25,156 nucleotides of DNA from Raillietiella orientalis (Eukaryota), in contig JAYWIR010000040.1 of the NCBI GenBank assembly GCA_036172245.1, forward strand, positions 1,984,001-2,009,156, read 5' to 3'. Shown here in pieces: positions 1-12,079 of the stretch. Position 1 is the stretch's first letter; each line of letters begins with the position of its first letter. The notes beneath the pieces are model-generated. The model did not search any database and had not been told where the DNA came from. It saw only the letters and a list, made by a program, of their open reading frames with translations. Position numbers and translations under genes: made by a program.

Positions 1-197
1 AAGGCTTCGCACGGAATGCTCCCTTCTTTCCTTCGCTGCAGAGCTCCCATCCGAACAGCCCCTTTATACTGCAGGTGAGCCACGTGCCACAACAGCCCCA
101 GCTGCAAATGACCCCCGCGAAATCCTGAGTAACTCCCACTTTTCGTTGGGGACGCGCGCGTTCGCTGCAATCCAAAGCGAATGACGCGGCTCGACAG

Positions 198-257
198 CCG
201 TCTGGTGACGGAGGCGGATCCCGGAAACCGTCTGGTGGTGAAGGCGGATCCCGAAAA
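198..257. repeat. 30-bp tandem duplication (2 copies)
   Basis: ccgtctggtgacggaggcggatcccggaaa (198-227) is followed by ccgtctggtggtgaaggcggatcccgaaaa (228-257); 26/30 identical. Confidence 0.9.
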
Positions 258-1739
258 TTGCGGAAATCTGGAAACACTCGCGGAGAGAGACGTGACGTTT
301 CGGCTGAGAGCATCGGTGTCCGATGATCTCTTACGTGTGAAGGGAGCACCTCAAGGAACGACGGTCCGAGGTCGCGTGGATACACCCTCTCTTCCCACAA
401 GAGATCACCCATTCAGATGGCCAGCCCTCGGTGTGAGAAAGATGCATGTGCATCCTGGGGCACGCTGCCACCCGTTATGGATGCTGGATGGAGGGAGGGA
501 AGAGATTTCCTTCCTTAGCACTCCTGGCCTCCCTCTTCGTTCGGACCTGCGGACAGATTCGGAGCGAACCAATTTCAGAAGGGGCTGAGCCTTGGGAGGC
601 TCCAGAGATCGAAGGACTACAGATGTTCTCCTCCATGCAAACCTCTCTCCTTCCAACGCTGCGGACTGACAAGAGGGCTGTCCTGTGACACAGCTCTAGC
701 GATCACGAACGACGGACATGGGCAGAATACATCGCAGAATTTTCCTGCAGCCTCCTCGGAGGCAGAACCATTGAGAGATCGAATTTCGCTCAGAGCGGAT
801 TGATCGAAAGGCGCGAGACAGCTATTTGTCTCGATCTCATGTTAGCGTGGCAGATGCAGACGGAACTCCATCCCACCTAAGGCATCACGCTTTCAATGAG
901 TAGCAGATGGTGCCTCTGGCGGGTGGACCCCTAGGAACTTGCGAAACTCTTGTAGAGGCTCCGTGACGCAGAATCCCTTTCAGAGCGTTCCTAATTACGC
1001 ACTTTCCTCGTGGCCGCACTCACCCGGCTGCAATGGACCTCCAAACAGGCAAGTTCTTGGCGATACTGTTTGGAAAGAAGTGCCAACACATCTCTCAGCC
1101 CTGTTGATGCAGGCGCTATCTGAGAGGGATCCAGCATTGGTATCTGGAATCAGCGATTTTCAGACCCTTTTCTTTTTTCCCTCGAGCTCTTCCAGCCGTC
1201 AGTACACCTATCACGTTCAACCTGCGCAGTTCTCCTTCGTGGGCCTCGTTTCCGCTCTCAGGGAAGGGAGGGGAAGGAGGATCACGGTTCTTCCTACGAA
1301 GGGAGATCTCTTGTGGAGGACCCGGAGTCTCTTTTCCGACCGAGACAATGGCATGTTCAGGGAACCGTAGGTTGGGGCTTGGTGCACCCGCCTTCATTGC
1401 AACAGAGTCATCCATCTTTTCCTGCTTGCCTCCTTGGAACGATAGCACCGATTTGGTTGGAATCTGATACTGTTGCTAACGTCTGAGTCTTGCAGTTTCT
1501 TTTTTGACGGCACACCTTTTTTTCTCTGTATGTTTTCTTATCTCTGGAAGCTCTCCAGGTGCGAGTCGATCACCACGCTGCCCACTACCTGTGGCTGCAT
1601 CCGCAATTGACACTCCAGTCTTGTGGATTTGGGGTCCCCGGAGATCAGGTCCACAGACATGCTTTCCGATGAGAGAGACGGTTACTCTGAGGAGTGGCTT
1701 CCATCTGCCCTTAACCTTCTATCAAGAAGAACTCCCCGT

Positions 1740-3450
1740 TGGCATCTCCAGAAAGCAGTCACTCGCATTCTCATCTTCTCTCGCTTCCGATGATCTCCGA
1801 GCAGTTTGTTCCCGGGAAGCAGGAGACATTACTAGATGCCTTCTGGGCAGCGCAATCTGTTGCTCAGCCTCCTCTTCCAAGATCCTCTGCCCGTTCGCTC
1901 CCCAAAGGCAATCATTGCTCACCCAACCTAGATTCAGAACTACCAGAGATTTCTTTCCTTCCAGCTTTTTATTTATTTTGGCTCTCGAGGAGTACGGAAG
2001 AACCATTTGCCTCAGGGGTGAATGGGGAACTCACAAAGTCTCTAAACACTGTCAACATTACCCGTAACTCTTCAAGTTAGGGGGTGATTTCGGAAGGACC
2101 ACCCTATGAATTCAGGAAGACTCCAGAGGAAGGAGTCCGTTCCTCTTATGCTTGAGAGGGAACCCCAAAGGGAACCCTCTCCCTGGTTGTCTCCGAAGGG
2201 ACCCACGGAGGGGACTCCCATCCTCATTTCTTCTTCGGAGGGAATCTGGAAAAGATCCACTCCTTGTTTACTCCTCTGAAGAGGATCCCGATGGTATGCT
2301 TCCCAATTTTCCTGAAAGGCGCTTCCCGAAAGGAGCAGAGCGCTTCCAGCACTCTTGAGAGGCAACCCCCGAAGGGAATGTCAATCAGCTCCATGGTACA
2401 CGATGGAGAGTCCCTCTCTCCGAGGGGGAAGATGGCTCCATTCTCCCAGCCGGAGGGAAACGGCTCCTTGATTCCTGGAAGGACCCCGGAAGGTCCACTT
2501 CCAATCCCCGCCAGTCAACGGGGGCATCCGGCCTACGCCAGTGCCGCACACGAAGCCAACCGGACCAACCAGAGTCATACTGCGGGGAAGAACCGAAAGC
2601 CATGACTTCCCCCTCCCCCCCCTTCTGGTTCTCAGCATCGATCCTCTACTTCGGGATTCGAACCCGCAACGCTTGGTGCCACGTGCGGAGAGCGCAGCCA
2701 CGCGTACGCCAACATGGACCAGAGATTTCTTGTTTTTTCCACAGGGGACGCAAAGCTACTCGCGAGGCCTACGATGGCACCAGGCGAACTGCCAGCACCC
2801 ACCACGCACGAGATGCTCTGGAACATCCACGCTGGCCACGTGTGGCTCGCTGTTCTGACGCATGGTTCGCCCGCGACGACGGGACGGGACTCTTCGCACG
2901 GATGCATCCTGCAAAGGGAAAGGATGTTACATGCCAAGCCTTCCCCCTTCCTTAGGACCCCGCGTGACGTAATGAAAAGTGCGCCGTTCCGAAGAAGCTG
3001 ACCACGGATCAGGGTCTAAGGAGGTCGGGTAAGCTCGGAAGGGGCCACTTTGCTCCAGTGGCGCTTAGGATCGCTGCTGGGGCACCACATGGGCGCAGGG
3101 GCATCCCCTTCGGAGCAGAGTGTAGCCGCTGATCAGTTCGCCGCGTGGGTTTTGTGTGCTATTCCAAAGTCCACTGAGCCGTGCTTCCTCAAAAAGCTCT
3201 CAGCTCTTTGGCTCGGCCTCCCGGCACGTGACGAGTGGTGTTGCCTTGCTCCCCGGTTCTCGTGCCGAGAGTTGGATGAAGGAACGGCCTTGGGCGAACT
3301 TAGGGGTCTGGGCTGGCGGCCACTGCTCTGCGATATCGATTTTCCCGCTTTGATCCGGCCATTGCTAACGGCAGTCGACAGAGGCAAGCTCTGGAGGCCC
3401 GGGGCTCACGCCGCAAAAGGTAGCTTGAAGAGGCGAAGGAACTGCCTTTC
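1740..3450 (+). mobile_element. Degenerate Ty3/Gypsy LTR-retrotransposon pol relic (integrase best preserved)
   Basis: Ordered motif remnants across frames: RNase H-like PAYAS (~2528), integrase zinc-finger-like EMLWNIHAGH (2810-2839), integrase core VPKKLTTDQG (2986-3015, cf. GvPxxixSDqG), C-terminal-like RELDEG...WRP (~3267-3322). Many stops and frameshifts; no LTRs seen. Confidence 0.55.
2645..2720 (-). other. tRNA-like fragment (tRNA pseudogene or tRNA-derived SINE head)
   Basis: The minus strand has a T-arm CGGG-TTCGAAT-CCCG (2666-2652) containing B-box GGTTCGAATCC, and an A-box-like TGGCGTACGCGTGG about 45 nt upstream. Acceptor and anticodon stems do not fold convincingly. Confidence 0.4.
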
Positions 3451-4159
3451 TACGCGCAAAAAACTTGACCTTCCAAGGTGTTGTCTGTTATCCCTTTTGG
3501 TCAGATAAAGGCTTTCAAAAGGTCACATCATGCGGGTAGACGAAATGGTGCAGAACGGCAGGATAATGTCTGCAGGAAAAACGGGCTCTTCTTCTCCTCC
3601 GCTTCCCTTCCTTGATCTCTGCTTCTCGTCTCTTCAAAATTCTTCCGGGTGAAGAATCCCGAGACAGCCGCTACACTGCTTGTGAAGCATCCGCCTTGGG
3701 CATGGAGCTGGTCGTCTAGAACCTGAAGCGGCTCCTTCACCTCTCCCTCTTGCTTTCCCTTAAATCCTGCTCTTGCTTTCTCTTGAAAGGATCCAGACAG
3801 TACCTCGAGAGACGATGAGCACACAGGAAGAAGTCATTCCATCTTCACCGGGAGAAACGCTCTTCTTCCCTGAATCTCGAAGAGAGCCTCCGGAACACTT
3901 TCTTTCCCGATGCTTGCGTTCTGGAAGAAGCGGGCATCATCATCCTCTAGAGAGGAAGAGTCATCATATCCCTGAGGGAGTGGTGGGGCCAGACAGCATG
4001 GGCATGAGCCGCCACGGATTGCCCACGTGCTTCCTGTCTCGCGTTCCGGTGTCTGTGAGAAAAAAAAAAAAAGGAATGCTCGTCCAATGGTGCACCTCCG
4101 TCCGATTTTCCTGTCTGCAAAGGCACGATACTCAGGGAACAGAACTGCAAGCAGGGATA

Positions 4160-4568
4160 TCAGCGGTTCGTCAGCTCCACCAACTGGTGCTGCGTCTCGG
4201 AGAAGCTCCAGGCGAGGTCGTCGTGGGCGCCGGCAGCCGCATGCTCTTACGCGGCCTACAGCCGCATGAGACTCCCAGCCCGACCACGGAGCCTACGAGC
4301 TCCTGCAGGTCGACCCAGCAGCATGCGGACGCTCTGGCCATGACCTCCTCACGCTGCTGCAGAGCTGCGGACACGTTGCTCTCCCGGACCACGTCCAGCG
4401 GCTCCGGCTTCAGGTCGCCCACCGCCTACCGTGGCCAGTGGATCTTCTCGTCGTGGGCGTCGAGGAACCTGCTGGTGTGCGCCGCGAGAACGCCTCCTCT
4501 TGACGGATAGACAATTCCGACATGACCATTCCAAGATCGGACCTGAGGATGTCGAAGTTCTCGCGTAG
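4160..4568 (-). pseudogene. Decayed protein-coding exon, coiled-coil-like, product unknown
   Basis: A minus-strand acceptor tttccctactttgctgctgcag precedes 4568. GC3-rich codons follow, reading LRENFDILRSDLGMVMSELSIRQEEAFS / HTSRFLDAHDEKIHWPR*AVGDLKPEPLDVVRESNVSAALQQREEVMARA / AHDDLAWSFSETQHQLVELTNR, broken by frameshifts and one stop. Confidence 0.5.
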
Positions 4569-5719
4569 CTGCAGCAGCAAAGTAGGGAAATCTTCTTTTT
4601 TCTTCCTCTCCTCCCTTTCTTTCTCCGAAATTCCATGGTTTGGGGGGAAAGCGGTGATCGTCTTGCTCGGTGGCGCACGAAAAGGGGACCCCGCATGGAA
4701 GCGAAGAAAGCAGCCGGAAGCAGTCCGGAGGCACCCTCCGAGGGAAGCTCAGGGATTCTGTGTACCCTGTTCCTGGAGGTTCTCTGCGAACTGCTCGGGT
4801 TTCTGTTTAGGAAGAAACGGCGTTATCGCCAGCCCCGGTTCCCGTGCTCCCGCCGCGTGCTGCCGCCAGGCTGTTCCTCGTTTCGGCACGCTGGGCGGTA
4901 CGCCCCCAAGGATCAAATCAACAACAGTGCGAGGCCATTTTGGACGGAACGGGTTTCCAGGGACGGCTGTAGCTGCGGAGCTCCCCTAGGGGTACGAGAT
5001 CATCTCTCTTTCCTGCCTTCCGCGCCTCCGGGATCCGCCGTTAAAAGGAAGGAAGAGGAGGAAGAGCAAGAGCAACGAGGGGGTGAAAGGAGGTGCGCAA
5101 TGACCCTAGAGACTCGGAGTCTAGAGATTTTCTCTTCCGTGGGCTCAACGACAGCAAGCCGATGGATCGGCCGCTTTGATGCCCGTTCCCGAGACCAGTG
5201 ATCAGATTCCTCTTTTTCCCAGTTACCTGAGCCCCTTCCTGTCCTGAGGAAGAAAACCGAGGAGTTCTTCCTCTGGGCCCTTGAAAGGACAGGAGGTCAA
5301 CAGCCCCCGCCACCTTTCCGTTTCTTTGGAAAGGCACACGCGGATGAGGGGACAAGAGTGGGCGACTGCTGGGGGCCAAGGAAGGCAAGAGATTTGGCGC
5401 TCCCGAGGTTACTCCTTCCCTTTTTCCTTAGTCCGTTATCCGGAAGGATGCTCAAGGAGCTCCTCCGACCGACTACTCCTTTGAGTTTTGCTTGAGAGAA
5501 ACCGAAGACTAGGGAGTCCCGAAACGATCCCTTAGAAAACTTGAACACCCCCCCCCCCCAGGACGCCGAAAGGAGTAGGGAGTAAGGATGGGATTCCAGA
5601 GATCCCACGGGATTTAATGAGTCAGCAAGCGGTGTAACGAAACTCCCTTCTGACAGGATTGAATAAACTCGTTAGGTAAGTATTGAGAGACGGACGGAGG
5701 GGATTACCTGGAAGCGAAG

Positions 5720-6530
5720 GTTGCAAGGAAGTAGGCACTCTTGTTTCTCGTACTAGCTGGGTATTTGGATATTTTCCCTCCCTCCTGCCTCTACATTTGC
5801 TCCTGACGGATCAAAACATTAAGGAAATCTTCCCGGCATCCAAGCGTGGGTGCTATCTGGACGAAGGATCCTCCAGGAGGAAAAAATCTCCCGGGAGGAT
5901 CCTTCGAAGAAACATGACCTCTTGGAACAACAGATAGGCTCACGCGAGAGGAAGTTCTTAGAAAACGGCTCCTCTCGGAAGCATCCTGGAATTCCCAAGG
6001 GTAGTTCCGGGGCGCAATCAGTAAAGAGTGACAGCGCGGCTCGGGAGCGGAACCGTCGACTCCGGCAGACAGAAAGTAGGAAGCGAGGCAGCAGCCAGCG
6101 AGACATCTGTGGGGGCGTTCCGTGGCGTTTCTCTCTTCTCAGCCACATTGGATGGATCGGGGACTCCTGAGGGGGCTCAGTGAGCATGGCCGTGCGATGC
6201 AACTGGAGGCGCAAAGGAAGGCGCGGTTGTGACCTTGCTTCGTGGCGCAGACCGCATCGCTTGACGATATGCGCCGAGGCTCTAGGAAAAGACCAACTTT
6301 AATCAGGACGGGTAAGGAGATGGAATCCTGTCGCTCGGGAGGCAGCTCAGATTGCATTGAGGCACCTCGACCCCCAACGAATGCGCTTCTGGGATGTGGC
6401 AGTTCCGCTTCTTACCTATGCGCTCCTGGAGGACCCTCCTTCTCCAGGAACTGACTTTTTCGGTGTGGAGTGTTCCGGCGCGTCGGCGACCTATTACAGG
6501 GCATCCCAACAGGATCGTGCAGAATCCTAG
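5720..6530 (+). mobile_element. Degenerate Ty3/Gypsy RNase H-integrase relic
   Basis: In Gypsy order: LLLTDQNIKEIF (cf. FxlxTDHkPLxxif), KHPGIPK (cf. HxGHPGixk), VPW, APRPPTNAL (cf. aPyhPxtNGlaE), ITGHP. Confidence 0.45.
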
Positions 6531-6959
6531 GGGTTTCGGGCACCGCTTTCCGTCAGCTGATCCTAGGACCTTGAACTTTCTGACTCTGTGGCTCTTCACC
6601 TCCAAGCACCTCTTTGAGGAATTTCTTGGCACACCTTCCCGCAATGGCTGCTCTGCGTTCGATACGAAAAAACAACGTCTCTGCCCTGTGATGGTCTGCC
6701 GAGAGTGAATAAAGAGGTTACCAAGGACAGCCAGATGTCTTCTATTTCCAATTTTTCCCTCCAGAAGGCACTCATCGTCGCTTCCGTCAGCAATTCACGT
6801 GAGCTCCTACGGCAACCTTGCTCTCGTCTCCTCTTCCTGTTCCCTTGAGCTCATGAGCTGCAAAAGTCCAAGAATCCGCAGAGTCCACAACCAGACTAAT
6901 TGAGCGGCAGGTACTCTGACTTGCATCTCTGAGGAGGAGGCAATTCCAGGGTAGTCTTC

Positions 6960-8580
6960 CAGGAGGAAAGCTGTTAGTTCTGGAACGAAGACGCTCGCTG
7001 CAAGAGAAGCAAAAGCAGGGAACCATCGCAGGTTCGGTTTCGGTTTCCATAGACAGAGATTTCGAAGACGCCTCTGCAGATGCTCTTGGACTCTGCCGCA
7101 CGCAAGCTTCTTTGTAGGAAGAACCCTCACGACGAAAGGCTTGAATTCAGTATTGCCTCATGGCATGCGTGGCCTCGAAGGATTCTAAAGGTACATCAGC
7201 GGATTCTCGAGCGAGGTCTGGCGGTCAAGTACGTCGGTTCCGGGAATGAGGTTCTCGGGCATTGGAAGAGAAGCAGAAGGAGACACTGGTCTTCCAAGCT
7301 GAAGAAGAAAGGGGAGAAAAAAAAAAGCAAGCGTCTCGCACACTCTTTGGGCCGCTACACGGCATCCCACCGGAAGGCATGCCTTTAGAGCACTCACTTC
7401 TCGAAAGATGCAGCAGCCTTCGTCAAATTCTGAAATACTCTATCCTCGAATTTTACAGCCTCAAGCAGCCTCGGATCCTCGACCAGCCGCCATAACCTGA
7501 CTTCAGCTGTTGAGATTAAGGGTGGATCCTTCATCTGAAGGGCCACTGAACCAATGTATCCTCGACAAACGCGAACGGAAGTTGTTTCGTTCATGGTCAT
7601 GGCGCTGCAAGTTTTTCGCGGTCTCCCCTCTCCCCCCTCTTTCCCTTCGATAGCTGCTGGATCGCATGGTGCTGCGACGTCAATGCATGTCTGAAGCCGA
7701 CGAGCGGTGCAGATGCTGCTGTAGCGAGATAACCTGCAAGTCTCCAGAACGCGGTATGGAAGACCGGATGTCACCAGACTGAGTAGCTGGTGACCCCGGG
7801 AACCTAAAGCAGGCGGTAAGACGATGTGAGTAAGGCAAAATCAGCGCTTCTCCGAGGTCGCAGCAAACGTAAGAAGACCTACAGTGCGTCTGGGAGCAGA
7901 ATGTGATGCAGGATCCAAGCAGCAGCATGAGATCAGAGGCAGAGGCCTCCCGGAAGACCTGAGAAACAGTCTCGGAAGAACCCACTGCTGTGTCTTTTTA
8001 TTTCTCAGGGGGCCTCGTGCGATCCTGTCTCACTCCCGGATGTCTTTCCGTTCCCAAGACCTAGTGAAGGAACCTGCTGAAACACTTTCCTGGAAGCACT
8101 CAGAAGTCACGGAAACAAAGTGAAGCTCGAGGGCTCATTTAGGAATTCTCCGGAAGGCACTCGCTAAGTGAAGGAAAAGAGAAATCAGTTCTGAAGAAAT
8201 ATCCTGTGATAGATATCTCGTTCCCAAAGAACTCTTCCTTCTCCAATAATTCCGAAAAAGCACGGACGGGCATGGGTTCATCCTCTGCCGCGCCATTCTT
8301 TCGCGAGTTTGCTCGAGATTATCAAGAAGAGCACACTTGAGCCATTCGTCTCAAATATACTCTTCGCCTAGATGCCTCATCTCCCTCATCCAGGTGGCTA
8401 GCGATACGTTCTCAAGACTCCCCAAAGTTGGTTTCTACTTCCTTGCGTTTCTGTGATTTCTCGGACGGAAAATTCACGGAGAGCGCCAGCAGTGGGAGGT
8501 TCCACGTGGCAGCTGACTCGACAAAGGGCATCAAAAGTCACAGTTGCACTTCGGAGAAGGGTCGAGCAAACGGCATCCAC
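6960..8580 (-). mobile_element. Possible degenerate hAT DNA-transposase relic
   Basis: Weak ordered remnants: BED-like CRVSC...GALREF (~8470-8525), SRYSS (cf. TRWnS, ~7716-7730), and LWK...WFPAFASLAASVFVPELTA (cf. hAT C-terminal dimerisation domain, ~6970-7055). No TIRs or TSD found. Confidence 0.3.
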
Positions 8581-8599
8581 TTTTCATCCTTGTTTTAAA

Positions 8600-11050
8600 C
8601 CCGTTCTCTCGAAGCAAAGGCGCGAAGACTGGAAAAGAACGGTCCTCTTCCGTTATGCTTGTCGTCCAGCAATGAAAAGCAGTCACAGGACTGGGGAAAA
8701 TCCCTGATGCGAACCCGCTCTGTGTTTTTACCCTCATTAAGACTTCGCTGCGGAGACCTCTTCTTCGAAAAAGTCTTCGCAGATTGTCTGAGGGTTCCCG
8801 AGAACTGATAGTCCCTATGGCTCTTGGGAACTCATCCGTCTCCACGTTTACATTTCTCTTCACAGCGTCATTATCAACGACAAAGCCAACCCAGCTAGAA
8901 GGAGAGTTTCCAAGCAAGACTCCATTTTGTTTCCCATGAAAGGAACCGTGACAACACGATGGAACGAATCCAGGAACCATTCCCGGGGAAAGACACACTG
9001 AAGTCTGCAAATCGGTTGCCGCAATTAGCTGCAGACCAGCCTGGCGTGTTGCAGAGAGTCACTTCTGTAACTGCTGATCCCGACCGTGTGCGGCAGTCGC
9101 CATGAGATTGCCGGGAGCCTGGGGCGCACACCCATCACTCTCCTGCTGGCATCATTTCCATCGCAACACGCCTCACCGCTCCAGCATTGTCCCATACCGG
9201 TTTCGCTGATCCTGCATTCCGCCCACGGATACAGGATTTTCCGCGTTCTTAGCCTCGAGCAGATTCTCTCAGCGAAGATAACGAAACCTCCTCTCGCAGC
9301 CGCGAATTAAAAAAATCTGCAGACATTCATTCTTTTCATACTTTCATCTGCAAAAAAACTTCCGTTCTCTGCACCTGGAAACTGCCTCCTACAGTTTGCA
9401 AACGGTGTACCCTGTCACAGTGCCTGAGCTCCCAAAGTTTCGGAACGCGCGCCGGTGTTCTCCAGGGTTGTGGCGGCTCTTTTCGATCTGCAGTAGGGAA
9501 GCAGTCGGGCTTAGCAGACCTTGCCAATGCACCTACTGAATTCGAAAGCGGTATCGCTTCTCCTTTTCCGCCTCCTCCATTCCTAGTAAAGATCTTCCAT
9601 TCCCTCTCTTTCTCTTCTATCATCGCTCCTTCATTTTTTTTCTGCTCTTTTCATTTTCCTGATGAGGGTAATGGTTGTCATGGTTGCAATTTTCGGCTGT
9701 TATCTTAGGAGCCATCAGTCGGTCTGCACCCTCCACCACCGTGCGGACGACATCCGTTCGTGTTCCTCCGCGTCCCTCAGTAGACATCCCACCGGGTGTT
9801 GAAGCAACGCTTCCATAGCCGCTTAGAGCTGGGTTCGAAGTGCGTCCTGCTCCTGTCGCCGCTGCGAAGGGTGAGACCAGACCGACAGGCCGGGAAGCAG
9901 GAGAACCACAGCTGCCCCGGGGGGCGTCACACCATTTCCCAAAGACGTGCCAGACCAGAACTCCCGTGACGAGCCATGCCAAGGGGCGCGGGAGGATGAC
10001 ACAGATCCCGAAACGCGATCAAACAACTTTCTCTCTCTCCTCAAGAGTGGTCATCCCTGAGGAGCATTCCGAACTCTCGGATGTTCACGTGCTCGGTCGT
10101 GCACTCTCCAGAGGCCCCATCAGTCGCTGCACGATTTCAGAGAGCCCCATGATTTTATGAGCGATTGCCTCCCTGCGCAACGGATTCCTACCTCTTGCCT
10201 CCGGAGGAGGGGGACCCAAAGATCTCAGCAGAGCAGAAGAGTCGGTCGAACCGGTAGTATCTTTCGAGGGGAGGGGGGAGGAAAAGAAGTAGGCTACCTG
10301 CGACGGATCGTGCAATTCCCATCCTCCATCTGCCAAAGATCCGCTTCGCACCTGTAAGAATTTCGCTGAGGAACTCGGGACGAGTAAGGATGCAGAAACC
10401 TCCTCTCAACTCTACCATTCTTGCCTCCGGGTTTTGCGAGCTTCCTGATCTTCCTCAAAGGTGTAGGCGACATATCGCGGCGGACGGTGGCCATGCAAGC
10501 AGGGAGACCTGGCGGTTTCCTTCTTTCTTTTTCAGTTTTTCAGCGACTTCTTGTAGCCTCCTGGTGTCGTTCATCTCGGCCAGCTCCCAGTTCTTAGCGG
10601 GGCGGCGCTGAATTCTCGCCTAGCTGGGAACGCCGCCAACCTTAAGCAGCGACGTCAATTCGAGGTCGACGGCGCTCGAGAGACAAGTTCGAGGTCCTGC
10701 AAAATCGTCTCCACCGGCGCGTTCAGGAATCTGCAGGTTTTCCTGAAACACATTTTCTCCTGGAGATATCCTGAATCCATCCCTCGCCTGGTTTGAAGCA
10801 GGAAAACGGTGCCACTCCCCGGAGAGCGAGCATCCCCTCAGGTCTCTGGTGCACCCGACAATCGAAGACCTCTGACGCGAGACCTAATCCTCAGAGCTGA
10901 CCTGGAGATGTTACAGACCATGACGGAGGGATCTATGCTCAAAGTCCATTCTCTTGAGGTTTTTCTCGTCTCGTTTAGCCGAAATCCCGAATATTTCCCA
11001 TCTGCGAGCATCGCCTCCTCCGCGTCGCGCCTCCTGAAAGGGGAAGAGTA
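8600..11050 (-). mobile_element. Degenerate BEL/Pao LTR-retrotransposon gag-pol relic
   Basis: Ordered BEL-type motifs: gag GDARRWEIF (11015-10989, cf. FxGdxxxWxxF); RT-like SLGPPP...LRREAIA; GVLVW; RPVGLVSP (9892-9869, cf. DPlGlxsP); SGYGSV (cf. DASxxaYG); SNSVGAL..ADR (cf. DSxvaL..anR); HNPG (cf. NPAD); L*QGTPF (cf. WxxGPxFL); DNAGAVR; LQHA..LRQ; RRLFRRRG (8779-8756, cf. LRRFxxRRG). Confidence 0.65.
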
Positions 11051-12079
11051 ACAGGAGGAGTAGGAGGACAATGCTCTCGAAGCCCGTAGACTTGCATTGC
11101 AAGAGAGGGTTCGCCTGCACATGCTCTGAGCAATAGAAAGGAAGGGGGAAGAGATGCGTGCGCTCACGGAATCCACGAGGGCAGTAGGGCGAGGTCGTGG
11201 TGGAACGCCGCGACGAGCCGTTTCTGGAGGAGAAAGGTCTGCGGCGATGACCCTCTGCTCATCAATCTGCGATAGACCCAGCACAGACAGATAAGTTTTT
11301 CATTCCCAGCGCTTCCTCGCTTGAGCGCTGCACAACCATTCTTATTCCCCCTTCGCCTTTCACTCCTCTTGGATCGTCTCGACCGTTCCACAGCTCCTCC
11401 TTCACCTTCGATACCATGATCTCGTCCACTTTCTGTCCACTGTATGATTGTAGCCTCCTCTTTTCAACCCATTCTTCTGTAGAGTGCTTTTCTTCCTCAT
11501 CATCATTGCCACCACTACCATCATCATTTCAACTCCGCAAGAACAAGGGACGCCGGGTGCCCTTCCCGCTTCACGACGGTGGCACCCTCACCCTGACCTT
11601 GGAGTTTCTCTTATTGCCGTCCCTGCTGCAATCCATGCTCACCACTCTTTCAGACGGATCTCGGACTCACAACTCGCCTGAGTTCCACTCCCTCCCCCAT
11701 CTTCCAGTGGTCATCTATCTTCCTTCTGCCTCCCACTAACCTGTAAAGATCTTAGCGGCAGCGACAGGCATACCACCCGAGAAAAGCTCCGCAAACCATA
11801 ACTGCACGTTGAAGGACGTTCAGGACTCCTTTCTCGGTCCAAAGCATCCTCAACGAGCGTTGCAAGTGATCCCAACCTGGAGGAGACGTGGTTGCGTTGG
11901 TCGGGACGCAGGACTGAACTGCAGTGCTCGATTGGGTCTCTGGATATGCCACGGTCTCCAAGAAACCAAAGTTCTTCGATGTCAAGAAGCGAGGATGCGG
12001 AGCGATGCAACCGAGGCCTCAGTTCGGCCTCCAAGGAGAAAGAGGAAGAATAAAAAAGAGGAATCGTTCAGAGTGGATG

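Noticed and set aside
380..1370. Additional integrase remnant (THSDGQ, GRE, KGDLLW) and purine tract at ~1260-1280 as a PPT
   Set aside because: The motifs are too short and scattered, and no TG-starting LTR follows the purine tract.
2154..2181. Imperfect hairpin gagaggg-aa-ccc-caaa-ggg-aa-ccctctc
   Set aside because: It is short, interrupted and in low-complexity purine/pyrimidine sequence, with no supporting context.
5660..5685. AATAAA plus consensus splice donor AG/GTAAGT
   Set aside because: These are isolated short signals with no supporting exon.
11711..12034. Tc1/mariner transposase C-terminus (DPIEH, WDHLQRSL)
   Set aside because: Only two short motifs in different frames, with no DDE triad or TIRs.
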